From Capsulimonadaceae bacterium (GTDB lineage: Bacteria; Armatimonadota; Armatimonadia; Armatimonadales; Capsulimonadaceae): DNA of 64,000 bases. Below, piece by piece: positions 47,513-56,605 of the stretch. Each line of letters begins with the position of its first letter. Position 1 is the first letter of the stretch. The stretch spans positions 2,848,001 through 2,912,000 of the forward strand of contig OZ244065.1 in NCBI GenBank assembly GCA_965215505.1, in the 5' to 3' direction. Position numbers and translations under genes: made by a program. The notes under the pieces are model-generated. The model ran no database searches, was not told where the DNA came from, and saw nothing but the letters and a program-made list of their open reading frames with translations.

Positions 47513-48106
47513 TTATCCGGTCAGCCTGATGGTTCCGTAATCTTCGATGGCGACCTCAAGCAGCTTCAAGAAGTCTTGTCCTGCCGGCTCCGCCAGTTCG
47601 CCGGAGAGGGCGTAGCGGTGGCGGGCCGGAGTGGAAACCGCTTCGCCGCTCACCCAAGGGTACTCGGCATTCTCGGGCGTCCGCTCGCGGTCCACGGCGG
47701 GTGCCAGTCTTTCAACGCCGACGGCCAAACCACGCGCATAGCGCTCGATGTGCCGCCGCTTCGCTTCGCGCGAATGGTAGTATTCCCTAAGGTGCCGCGC
47801 CTTCAAGAAGCCCAGGATGAACTTGGAGAAGACAACGTGGCTGTAGAGGTCATCTTCGGCGAATGACTCCGTATCCCTCAGCCGATACGCCTTGGCGATC
47901 TTCTCGCAGGCCATTTGCAGGAAGTGGAGCCGATGGCACTCTTCCACGTCACGCAGATGAACGCTGTAGACAGCGAAGTCGGACCGGCTCTGCTCCGCGT
48001 AAGCGTCTGCTAACCGATTCTTGATCTCGTCCGGGATACGGGGAGCCGCTTGCGTCCGCTGTAGGGGACACTCGGCAAGCGAACACTGGCCCTTGACCTG
48101 CGCCAT
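47513..48106 (-). CDS. HEPN-like hypothetical protein
   Basis: AEQSRSDF...CHRLHFLQMACEKIAKA resembles the HEPN Q-A-EK-LKA helix; NAEYPW. ATG 48106 follows AGGAGG; start uncertain. Confidence 0.65.
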   Translation of the reverse strand: MAQVKGQCSLAECPLQRTQAAPRIPDEIKNRLADAYAEQSRSDFAVYSVHLRDVEECHRLHFLQMACEKIAKAYRLRDTESFAEDDLYSHVVFSKFILGFLKARHLREYYHSREAKRRHIERYARGLAVGVERLAPAVDRERTPENAEYPWVSGEAVSTPARHRYALSGELAEPAGQDFLKLLEVAIEDYGTIRLTG

Positions 48107-48447
48107 CTTCTGCCCTCCTGGCCCCAAGGGGCGGGTGCCGGAAACACAAACGAGTGATCCAAGCTCCACCCATGCGGCAGCGGGATCTCGCCCCGCCGCA
48201 CTTGCTCCATCTCCTCGGGCGTGATGGTCGCGATCCTCATATTGTAGGGAATGTCCCCAGCCGGGCCGAACGTGAACGTCATCACATCACCGGAAGCGGG
48301 CGTGTCCGGGCTGACCTCCAGGAAATTGATCGGCTCACACGGGTCATCGTCGCGCGGCGTGAACATCCAGAGGGCCTGCGTCATGCGGGGGTCAATCTTG
48401 TAGTGCCACTTGACAAGTTCGTGGGCAGCTTCTTCTTTGGTCAGCAT
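48010..48447 (-). CDS. Hypothetical protein, probable partner of the HEPN-like gene
   Basis: GGAGGG RBS; MLTKEEAAHELVKWHY...EPINFLEV...ITPEEM...LPHGWSL; 3' end overlaps the next gene. Confidence 0.65.
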   Translation of the reverse strand: MLTKEEAAHELVKWHYKIDPRMTQALWMFTPRDDDPCEPINFLEVSPDTPASGDVMTFTFGPAGDIPYNMRIATITPEEMEQVRRGEIPLPHGWSLDHSFVFPAPAPWGQEGRRWRRSRASVRLPSVPYSGRKRLPVSRTRSRIG

Positions 48448-48463
48448 CTTCTTTCCCTCCGCT

Positions 48464-48988
48464 CTACGGCGTCACGACCAGGCGCTGGTCTTCCTCGATC
48501 TCGACGAAGAAGTCCTGGTCTTCCTTGTAGCGGCGCAGCAGGAAATGGGTGTCGGTGGCGGTGACGCCTTCCAGGGCGGACAGTTTCTCGGCGACGAAGC
48601 GGCCCACGGCGCGCATGTTCTCGCCCTCGACGACGACGCGCAGGTCACTGCCGCCCGAGACGAGCCAGACGCTATGCACCTCGGGGTAGCGGTAGATGCG
48701 CTCGGCCACGGCATCAAAGCCGACCTCGCGGGCGGGCAGGACCTTGACGTCAATGAAGGCGAAGACCTTCTCGACGCCCGCCTTCTCCCAGTCCACGATG
48801 GTCTTGTAGTGCTTGATGACGCCACGCCGCTCGTACTCGGCGATGGCCCGGCGCACCTCGGCCGGGTCGCGCCCGGTGAGGGTGGCGATGGTGTCGGGGG
48901 AGGTGCGGGCGTCGCGGGCGAGGATGAGGAGAATCTCGTCGGGCTGGCGACCTGCCGTGCGGTCCGTCGGTCTGTCGGGCTGGCTCAT
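48464..48988 (-). CDS. Lrp/AsnC family regulator (YugG/AlaR-like)
   Basis: EILLILARDART HTH, DWEK, GFDAVAERIYRYPEV, SGGSDL, THFLLRRYK; start MSQPD. Confidence 0.9.
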   Translation of the reverse strand: MSQPDRPTDRTAGRQPDEILLILARDARTSPDTIATLTGRDPAEVRRAIAEYERRGVIKHYKTIVDWEKAGVEKVFAFIDVKVLPAREVGFDAVAERIYRYPEVHSVWLVSGGSDLRVVVEGENMRAVGRFVAEKLSALEGVTATDTHFLLRRYKEDQDFFVEIEEDQRLVVTP

Positions 48989-48997
48989 GGTGGGGTA

Positions 48998-49026
48998 AGT
49001 ATGGCACGGGAAGGGGAGGATGTCAA
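48998..49026 (-). promoter_or_regulatory. Sigma70 promoter of the Lrp gene (near-leaderless)
   Basis: Minus strand TTGACA-N17-CATACT, ATG 9 nt downstream. Confidence 0.65.
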
Positions 49027-49060
49027 GGCGGGCGCGGTGCACGGGCGATGGGGCAACCCG

Positions 49061-49172
49061 CCGGGAAGGGCGAACACCGGGAAGGGCGAACACCGGGAAG
49101 GGCGAACACCGGGAAGGGCGAACACCGGGAAGGGCGAACACCGGGAAGGGCGAACACAAGGTTCGCCCCTAC
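49061..49172. repeat. 16-bp tandem repeat x6 merging into a GTAG REP
   Basis: (CCGGGAAGGGCGAACA)6 at 49061-49156, then CAAGGTTCGCCCCTAC. Confidence 0.95.
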
Positions 49173-49184
49173 CAGTCATACCCC

Positions 49185-50210
49185 TCACTTGCCCGTGGTC
49201 AGGAACGAAGGCCGCGTCCCGTCGGCCTCCCACTTGACGTGGCCGTCGGCGAGGGCGTAGTCCGTCCCGCCGTTGTGGCGGCCCGGCATGGGGACAGAGG
49301 CACCGGTGTCGGCGGCGTTCTTCTTGCCGGCCGTACTCTCGAACAGCAGGACGGTCGCCGCAGGGTCTTCCAGCGTGGTCATCAGGACGCCGGAAAGGGC
49401 GCGGTTGAAGGCGTAGCCGTACTTCAGGTCGGGCGCGGCGGGGTCGCGGAACACGGCCTCGTTCTTGACGTAGGGCAGGATCTCGTCCGCCCACTTGTCG
49501 GCGTCGGGCAGCTTCATGTCGTTGTCCTGGATGTACTGGATGATGCCGAGCGAGAGCTGTTTCAGGTTAGACTGACTCGTCGCCTGCCTCGCCTTCTGCA
49601 TCATCTCCGGGGCGGCCAGGGTGATCGTCTTGATGCCGTCCAGGCGCAGCGCGCCGCCCGCGCCCGCGTCGGCCACGGTCGCGACCTGAAGGGTCTTGAC
49701 GGTGGACAGCGGCGTCCCGACCTGGTAGGCGCGCACCAGGACGATGGCGGGGTCGTCCGGGGAGGGGCCGAGGGCGCGGAACCTGAAGTGCAGGGCGTCG
49801 TGGATGTCGGCGAACAGGGCCACGACGGGCAGGACGCCGGGCGGCAGGGTGCGGAGCATGTCCGGACCGGTGAGCTGCCGGGCGATCTCCTCCCGGTGGT
49901 CGGCGGGGTAGTTGGCTTGTGTCTCGGGCGAGAGCAGGGCATAGGCGCGTTCCGCCTGCCCCTGCGCGCGGGCGTCGAGGTACTGCCGCACCAGGGCGAC
50001 GGCGGGGGTGGGCGCGGCAGCGACGGGAGCGGGGGCGGGGCTGACCGGCGGGGGCTTGGGTGCGGCGGGCTTCTGGGCCGTGGATGTCTGCGTCGCGGGC
50101 TTGTGAGCCGTGGGCTTCGCCACGGCGGCGGGGCCGAGCAGCAGGGCGGCCCCGAGGCAGCAGAGGGCGGCGGATCTGGCAGTGACAGTGACGGCAAACG
50201 TCGCGTTCAT
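49185..50210 (-). CDS. Secreted protein with DUF1559-like and H-X9-DG C-terminal module, no prepilin site
   Basis: Sec-like signal, Pro-rich linker, SQSNLKQLSLGIIQYIQDND, HNGGTDYALADGHVKW. Confidence 0.82.
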   Translation of the reverse strand: MNATFAVTVTARSAALCCLGAALLLGPAAVAKPTAHKPATQTSTAQKPAAPKPPPVSPAPAPVAAAPTPAVALVRQYLDARAQGQAERAYALLSPETQANYPADHREEIARQLTGPDMLRTLPPGVLPVVALFADIHDALHFRFRALGPSPDDPAIVLVRAYQVGTPLSTVKTLQVATVADAGAGGALRLDGIKTITLAAPEMMQKARQATSQSNLKQLSLGIIQYIQDNDMKLPDADKWADEILPYVKNEAVFRDPAAPDLKYGYAFNRALSGVLMTTLEDPAATVLLFESTAGKKNAADTGASVPMPGRHNGGTDYALADGHVKWEADGTRPSFLTTGK

Positions 50211-50388
50211 GGCGATCTCCTTGACCGGTGGGATGTCTTGTCTTATTATACTACCATTACGCAAATCGTGCAAATCGGCTGGCCACCGGGCGTGTCGTGA
50301 AACGATTTTCTAGGAACTATCATACCTCGTTCGTTGTTATTGATAACAGCAGACAACGGAAAATGAACGAGAAGGGGCGGTATAAATC

Positions 50389-50745
50389 ATGCGGATACAG
50401 TCTTCGATGCTGGTGCATCTAGGTTTCGGGAAGTATGTGCGGTCGGACCAGGTGACGGCGGTCCTGCCCATCGAGCAGGACCGGGGGCCGGGGCGGCGGA
50501 CCTTCGTCCATGTGCAGGGGCAGGCCGACCCCGTGGTCGCCTCGCGGTCGGAGGACGCCCTGGTGCGCGATCTGGTGCAGGAGCCGAAGGAGATCACGCA
50601 GTCGCGGCAGCAGCAGGAGATCCTGCGGGACCTATTGCAAGACCTGGGCAGCATCAACGCCACGGTCAAGCGGATCGCCCGCGACGAGGGCGGCCTGGAC
50701 CTCGACAAGCTGGAGCGGCGCATCCGCGAGGTGGTCGAGGATTAG
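50389..50745 (+). CDS. Hypothetical protein, RemA/DUF370-like N-terminus
   Basis: LVHLGFGKYVRSDQVTAVLP resembles the RemA IGFGN motif; helical C-terminus. Confidence 0.6.
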   Translation: MRIQSSMLVHLGFGKYVRSDQVTAVLPIEQDRGPGRRTFVHVQGQADPVVASRSEDALVRDLVQEPKEITQSRQQQEILRDLLQDLGSINATVKRIARDEGGLDLDKLERRIREVVED

Positions 50746-50748
50746 TGG

Positions 50749-50785
50749 AAAAAAGAAGGCCCGGCGCTTGCGCGCCGGGCCTTTC
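50749..50785. terminator. Bidirectional terminator
   Basis: AAAAAAGAAGGCCCGGCGC-TTGC-GCGCCGGGCCTTTC. Confidence 0.8.
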
Positions 50786-50796
50786 GCCGTCGGGGG

Positions 50797-53700
50797 TTAA
50801 GCCTTCTTCTTGCGCTTGGCGGCGACGACCATCCCGCCGAGGCCCAGGGCCAGCAGCAGGCCCAGGGAGACGGTCGTGGAGGCCTCGGGCACCGGAGCGC
50901 CGACCTTTGTCACCGTCAGGTCCAGCATCCCGCCGCCATTGGGGTTGGCGATGTTGGTCAGCTCGAACACGAAGCCGTTCTGGCCCTTGATCGTCCCCGA
51001 GATGTTGCTGTCGGGCATCTCGTTGGTGAAGTACTGGGTGAACCCGTTCACGGTGCTGCCGTCCGGCGTCAGTGTGCCGCTGTAGTCCAGGAAGGCGAAC
51101 TGTGTGCCGGTGCTGCCGGTCCCGGTGAACTGCGTCTGGTCCAGGTCGAAGACCCCCAGGGTGCCCCCGGTCGTAGTCTGACCGGAGACATTGAGCAGGT
51201 TGTGGAAGTTGTTGCCGAAGAACGCATCCAGCTCGCCGCCGCTGCCCTGGCTGAAGTTGCCGTTGATGTTCAGGGAGGCGAAGCCGGGTCCGCCGACGAC
51301 GGGCTGGACGATGCCGCCGTTGTTGATGATGTTGCCGTTGATCGTCTTGGACCCGCCGAGGACACCCCCGTTGAGGGTTTCCGAGGCGTTGAGGACGCCG
51401 AACACCTGGGTCAGCCCCGCCGTCTGGGTCAAGCCCTGGGTGAAGTTGACTGTCCCGCCGACCTGGACGGCGACCGTGCCACTGTTTGTGACGTTGCCAC
51501 TTGTGACGTTAAGGGTGGCCCCATTAGTCGCCTGCGCCGTGCCGGTGTTGTTAAAGGTGGACTGGTTGAGGACCAGGGTGTTGCCGGCGGAATTGGCATT
51601 GACCAGGCCGTTGTTAGTCAGTGTCGAGGGCGACGTGTCTTCCGAAACGTGCCCATAGCCCTGGAGCGTCCCCGTGCTGCCGAGGACCAGGTTCGCGTTG
51701 TTGCTCAGGCGCAGGCCGTAGCCGTCGCTGTTGACCGTCGCCAGGCTGATGGTCCCGTTCACTTTGTCCGTGCCCAGACTTGCTAGGTAGGCGTTCTGGT
51801 TGGCCCCGCCGGTCACGTTCAGGTTGCCGTTGACCGTCGTGCCGTTGAGGACGTTGTTACCGCTGCCGTTGAACACCAAGGCAGTGGCCGCGTCCGTGTT
51901 GATCGTCCCCAAAAGTGAGGCCCCGTTGACCTGGATCTGGCCCCCGCCCGAAGCCGTCAGCAGATTGTTTCCGGTCCCGGTGAACGTGCCTGTGATGCCC
52001 ACGACGCTACCCGCGCCCAATGCCGCCACCGTGGCCCCGGCGGCGTTGTTGGTCGTTCTGTTGAGTGAGAGCGTGCCGCCGTTCGTCGCCTCCGCCGTGC
52101 CGGCGTTGTTGAAGGTGCTCTCGGTCATCGTCAGCGCCGTCGTGCTGTTGTTGGCGTTGACCAGGCCATTGCTGGTGAAGGTCGAGGGCGACGTGTCCTC
52201 CGAGACGTGCCCGAACCCGGTCAGGCTGCTGCCGCTGTTAAGCACCAGCGTCGCGTTGTTGCTCAGGCGCAGCCCGTAGCCGTCGCTGTCGACCGTCCCC
52301 AGCGTGATCGCCCCGTTCACCGTGTCCGTCCCCAGCATCTGAAGGAAGGCGTTCTGGCTGGCCCCGTTGGTCACGTTGAGGTTGCCGTTGACCGTCGTGC
52401 CGTTGAGGACGTTGTTGCCACTAGGATTGAAGAACAGCGCCGTCGCCGCGTCGGTGTTGATCGTCCCCAGCAGCGAGGCCCCGTTGACCTGGATCTGCCC
52501 CCCGCCCGAAGCTGTCAGCAGGTTGGTGGCGCTGCTGCCCGTGCCCGTGAAGACGCCCGTGATGCCCACCAAGCTGCCCGCCCCGACGGCCTTGACCATG
52601 CCGCTGTTGTTGGTCGTTCTATTGAGTGAGAGCGTGCCGCCGTTCGTCGCCTCCGCCGTGCCGGCGTTGTTGAAGGTGCTCTCGGTCATCGTCAGCGCCG
52701 TCGTGCTGTTGTTGGCGTTGACCAGGCCATTGCTGGTGAAGGTCGAGGGCGACGTGTCCTCCGAGACGTGCCCGAACCCGGTCAGGCTGCTGCCGCTGTT
52801 AAGCACCAGCGTCGCGTTGTTGCTCAGGCGCAGCCCGTAGCCGTCGCTGTCGACCGTCCCCAGCGTGATCGCCCCGTTCACCGTGTCCGTCCCCAGCATC
52901 TGAAGGAAGGCGTTCTGGCTGGCCCCGTTGGTCACGTTGAGGTTGCCGTTGACCGTCGTGCCGTTGAGGACGTTGTTGCCACTAGGATTGAAGAACAGCG
53001 CCGTCGCCGCGTCGGTGTTGATCGTCCCCAGCAGCGAGGCCCCGTTGACCTGGATCTGGCCCCCGCCCGAAGCCGTCAGCAGATTGTTTCCGGTCCCGGT
53101 GAACGTGCCTGTGATGCCCACGACGCTACCCGCCCCCACCGCCGCCACTGTGGCCCCGGCGGCATTGTTGGTCTTATTATTGAGCGAGAGTGTGCCGCCG
53201 TTCGTCGCCTCCGCCGTCCCCTTGTTGTTGAAGGTCGTCTGGTTAAAGATCAGGGTGTTGCCGGCGGAGTTTGCGTTGACCAGGCCGTTGTTGATGAGCG
53301 TCGAGGGTGATGTGTCTTCGGAGACATGCCCATAGCCCTGGAGCGTGCTCGTTCCGCCCAGCACCAGGGTGGCGTTGTTGCTCAGGCGCAGGCCGTAGCC
53401 GTCGCTGTTGACCGTCGCCAGGCTGATGGTCCCGTTGACCGTGTCTGTGCCCAGCAGCGCCAGGTACGCGCCGTTGCCGGCCTGCGTCATGTCCAGGTTG
53501 CCGTTGAGCGTCGTGTTGTTGAAGAGGTTGCTGCCGTTGTTGCCGATCACAAGAGCCGTGGCCGCGTCGGTGTTGATCGTCCCCAGCAGCGAGGCCCCGT
53601 TGATCTGGATCTGGCCCCCGCCCGAGGCCGTCAGCAGGTTGCCGCTGGCCGCCGTGCCCGTCCCGGTGAACCTACCGGTGATGCCCACAACGCTGCCCGT

Positions 53701-55179
53701 TCCGCTGCCGTTGTTGCCGACAGCCTTGATCATGCCGCTGTTGTTGGTCGTGTTGTTGAGTGACAGGGTGCCGCCGCCCGTCGCCTCCGCCGTGGCTCCG
53801 GCGGCGTTGTTGAAGAAGGACTGATTGAAGATCAGCGCCCCGCCGGTCGCGTTGACCAGGCCGTTGTTGGTGAGCGTCGAGGGCGACGTGTCCTCCGAAA
53901 CGTGCCCGTAGCCCACCAGACTGCTGCCGCTGTTGAGGACCAGGGTGGCGTTGTTGCTCAGGCGCAGGCCGTAGCTGTCGCTGTTGACCGTCGCCAGGCT
54001 GATGGTCCCGTTGACCGTGTCTGTGCCCAGCAGCGCCAGGTACGCGCCGTTGCCGGCCTGCGTCATGTCCAGGTTGCCGTTGAGCGTCGTGTTGTTGAAG
54101 AGGTTGCTGCCGTTGTTGCCGATCACAAGAGCCGTGGCCGCGTCGGTGTTGATCGTCCCCAGCAGCGAGGCCCCGTTGATCTGGATCTGGCCCCCGCCCG
54201 AGGCCGTCAGCAGGTTGCCGCTGGCCGCCGTGCCCGTCCCGGTCAAGCTGCCGGTGATGCTCACGACACTGCCCGCGCCGGTCGCCTTGATCATGCCGCT
54301 GTTGGTGTTGGTGTGGCTGAGTGACAGGGTGCCGCCGCCCGTCGCCTCCGCCGTGGCTCCGGCGGCGTTGTTGAAGAAGGACTGATTGAAGATCAGCGCC
54401 CCGCCGGTCGCGTTGACCAGGCCGTTATTGATGAGCGTCGAGGGCGACGTATCCTCCGAGACATGCCCGTAGCCTTGAAGCGCACCCGTGCTGCCGATGA
54501 CCAGGGTGGCATTGTTGCTCAGGCGCAGGCCATAGCTGTCACTGCTGACCGTCGCCAGGTTGAGTGCCGCGTTCACCGTGTCGGTTCCCAGCATCGCCAG
54601 ATAGGCACCGTTGCCGGCCTGCGTCATGTCCACATTGGCGTTGACGATGGTATTGCTGAGGCTGTTGCTGCCATTGTTGGCGACTACCACGGAGGGCGCG
54701 GGCTGGCCGCTTTGCTGGACGCCGGCCTTGAGGGTGAAGTTGTTGACCTGGCCGCCGTTGAGGGTGAAGATGTTGTTGACTTGGAGCGTGCTGGCCGCAT
54801 TCGCCTTGTTGCCGGTGAACGTGCCGCCGTTGAGGGTGAAGGCACCGTCGCTGAGGAAGCTGTTAACGGTCGTGCCCTGGCCCAGGGTCATGGCGGCAGT
54901 GGTGAGGTTCTGGGCGTCGTCTCCCGCGCCGGGGTAGGAGGCCGGCAGGTTGTTGAGGGTCCAGTTCGAGGGGTTGGAGAACCAGTCCCCCGGCACGCCG
55001 TTCCAGGAGTAGGTGGCGGCGCGGGCGGGCTGGGCGGACGCCAGCCCCAGCCCGAGCAGGCCGGCGGCGACGCCCGCGCTGCGGAGGCGGCTGCCGCGCC
55101 CGAGGAGCCGGCGGCGGATGGTGATGCGCGCGGGCGGCGCGGGGGCGGCCTTGCGGTGAAGGAATGACGGAAGCGACAT
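50797..55179 (-). CDS. Large PEP-CTERM surface protein with six ~187-192-aa beta-rich repeats (1460 aa)
   Basis: Signal peptide ending ARA; GHVSEDTSPST occurs six times; tail VPEASTTVSLGLLLALGLGGMVVAAKRKKKA. Confidence 0.93.
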   Translation of the reverse strand: MSLPSFLHRKAAPAPPARITIRRRLLGRGSRLRSAGVAAGLLGLGLASAQPARAATYSWNGVPGDWFSNPSNWTLNNLPASYPGAGDDAQNLTTAAMTLGQGTTVNSFLSDGAFTLNGGTFTGNKANAASTLQVNNIFTLNGGQVNNFTLKAGVQQSGQPAPSVVVANNGSNSLSNTIVNANVDMTQAGNGAYLAMLGTDTVNAALNLATVSSDSYGLRLSNNATLVIGSTGALQGYGHVSEDTSPSTLINNGLVNATGGALIFNQSFFNNAAGATAEATGGGTLSLSHTNTNSGMIKATGAGSVVSITGSLTGTGTAASGNLLTASGGGQIQINGASLLGTINTDAATALVIGNNGSNLFNNTTLNGNLDMTQAGNGAYLALLGTDTVNGTISLATVNSDSYGLRLSNNATLVLNSGSSLVGYGHVSEDTSPSTLTNNGLVNATGGALIFNQSFFNNAAGATAEATGGGTLSLNNTTNNSGMIKAVGNNGSGTGSVVGITGRFTGTGTAASGNLLTASGGGQIQINGASLLGTINTDAATALVIGNNGSNLFNNTTLNGNLDMTQAGNGAYLALLGTDTVNGTISLATVNSDGYGLRLSNNATLVLGGTSTLQGYGHVSEDTSPSTLINNGLVNANSAGNTLIFNQTTFNNKGTAEATNGGTLSLNNKTNNAAGATVAAVGAGSVVGITGTFTGTGNNLLTASGGGQIQVNGASLLGTINTDAATALFFNPSGNNVLNGTTVNGNLNVTNGASQNAFLQMLGTDTVNGAITLGTVDSDGYGLRLSNNATLVLNSGSSLTGFGHVSEDTSPSTFTSNGLVNANNSTTALTMTESTFNNAGTAEATNGGTLSLNRTTNNSGMVKAVGAGSLVGITGVFTGTGSSATNLLTASGGGQIQVNGASLLGTINTDAATALFFNPSGNNVLNGTTVNGNLNVTNGASQNAFLQMLGTDTVNGAITLGTVDSDGYGLRLSNNATLVLNSGSSLTGFGHVSEDTSPSTFTSNGLVNANNSTTALTMTESTFNNAGTAEATNGGTLSLNRTTNNAAGATVAALGAGSVVGITGTFTGTGNNLLTASGGGQIQVNGASLLGTINTDAATALVFNGSGNNVLNGTTVNGNLNVTGGANQNAYLASLGTDKVNGTISLATVNSDGYGLRLSNNANLVLGSTGTLQGYGHVSEDTSPSTLTNNGLVNANSAGNTLVLNQSTFNNTGTAQATNGATLNVTSGNVTNSGTVAVQVGGTVNFTQGLTQTAGLTQVFGVLNASETLNGGVLGGSKTINGNIINNGGIVQPVVGGPGFASLNINGNFSQGSGGELDAFFGNNFHNLLNVSGQTTTGGTLGVFDLDQTQFTGTGSTGTQFAFLDYSGTLTPDGSTVNGFTQYFTNEMPDSNISGTIKGQNGFVFELTNIANPNGGGMLDLTVTKVGAPVPEASTTVSLGLLLALGLGGMVVAAKRKKKA

Positions 55180-55622
55180 GAGCGGTTCTCCTTACTAATC
55201 CCCCATTGGTGTGGGGCTTCTTGGGTGTGGGCCACGGCGAGTCCTGCGGAACTCGTGACAAGATGGCAATAATGGAAATTATAGGCGCCACGCCCTCCCC
55301 TGTGGGGGCGCGAGGCGGCCGACCGGACATCGTGTACGGCTTCATTGTACAGGGCTACCGTTACAGCACCGTTAAATCAGTGTGAACCAGCATACAGCCG
55401 GGCGAGAAAACGGCAAAAAACCGGCATATTTTACAGTGAATCCATCCGCGGCATCGTTGTTTCGTGTAGAATAGAGACGAGCGGGCGGCGGCGCGCGTCA
55501 AACGCTCGCGCCATTGTAGCAAGCCGACGCGCCCGATACAATGCCCTATTAGGGTAAGATTTTGACGTTGGTGTTCCGGCCCACCCTTCGTTTGTTTCTG
55601 GGCCGCTGTCACGGGAATAAAG

Positions 55623-56597
55623 ATGCACCTGACATACCGGCCCGCCGCGGCGCAGGACGTGGAGGCCTGCCTGGAGATGCTGCCGCCCGGCTTCGCCTGT
55701 CCGGACTCGCTGCGCGCGCGGATGGCAGAGGCCTGGCGGAGCTGGCTGCGGGAGGGCGTCATGCAGATGACGGTCCTGGAGGACGGCGACCGCCCGCCGG
55801 GCGCGCGGCGGATCGCCTTCGGCAACAGCGTGTTCGTCGGGGAGGCGTTTGCCGAGGAGGCCAAGACGAGCCTGCCCCCGCCGCTGGGCGCGCAGGTCGT
55901 CCGCCGGTGGCGCGAGGGCCGCTCGCCGGTGCTTGGCCTGCCCGCCGTCCGGGCGGCGAACTCGGGGCCGGGTCTGACCCTGCTGATCCTGCACATCGGC
56001 TGGGTGCCCGCGCTGCCCGACGAGGAGGTCCGGTGGGCGAAGGGCAAGCTGCTGGAGGCCATGCTGTTCTTCTTCAGCGGCTACAAGCTGAGGGAAGTGC
56101 TGCAAGAGGTCTATTCGGAGGAGGAGCGGCAGCGGGGGCTTGCGGTCGGGGCGCGGGTCAAGAACGACCACGCGGCCTTCTACGAGGCCCGCCCCGACCT
56201 GCTGCCGCCGCCCGAGTGCCGGCCCTACCTGATCGGGGGCAGCCGCGAGGAGACGGCGGACGGCAGCTACCTGTCGCCGCTGTTTTTCTACAGTCCGCCA
56301 CGGTTCTTCTTCAAGACGGGGGAGCAAGAGGTGCTGCGCCTGGCCCTGCTGGACCGGAGCGACGAGGAGGCGGCGGACGGCCTGAGCGTGTCGCCGTCCA
56401 CCGTGCAGAAACGCTGGCGGACGGTCTACGAGCGCGTCGCCGCCGCCGAGCCGGGCTTTTTCCCCGCCGAGGGCGGCGCGGGCGCCCCGTCGGCGCGCGG
56501 GGCGGCGAAGCGTCGGCACCTGCTGGCCTACCTGCGCGCCCACCCCGAGGAGCTGCGGCCGGTCAGCCCGCCGAAGGCGAGGCCGGGTAAGGCCTGA
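55623..56597 (+). CDS. Putative regulator: GNAT-like N-terminus plus LuxR-like C-terminal HTH
   Basis: LTYRPAAAQDVEAC start; GEQEVLRLALLDRSDEEAADGLSVSPSTVQKRWRTVYERV. Confidence 0.7.
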   Translation: MHLTYRPAAAQDVEACLEMLPPGFACPDSLRARMAEAWRSWLREGVMQMTVLEDGDRPPGARRIAFGNSVFVGEAFAEEAKTSLPPPLGAQVVRRWREGRSPVLGLPAVRAANSGPGLTLLILHIGWVPALPDEEVRWAKGKLLEAMLFFFSGYKLREVLQEVYSEEERQRGLAVGARVKNDHAAFYEARPDLLPPPECRPYLIGGSREETADGSYLSPLFFYSPPRFFFKTGEQEVLRLALLDRSDEEAADGLSVSPSTVQKRWRTVYERVAAAEPGFFPAEGGAGAPSARGAAKRRHLLAYLRAHPEELRPVSPPKARPGKA

Positions 56598-56605
56598 TTC
56601 ATCTT

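Noticed and set aside
49061-49156. CRISPR array (also considered for 21814-21878 and 27721-27774)
   Set aside because: Units are directly contiguous with no unique spacers, are only 13-18 bp, and no cas genes are present.
48989-49159. N-terminal extensions of the Lrp, FAD-oxidoreductase, esterase and DinB ORFs
   Set aside because: They translate intergenic repeats or promoters; downstream starts fit RBS, promoter and family length better.
55180-55620. Sigma54 promoter for the large PEP-CTERM gene
   Set aside because: No GG-N10-GC motif of comparable quality found by eye on the minus strand.
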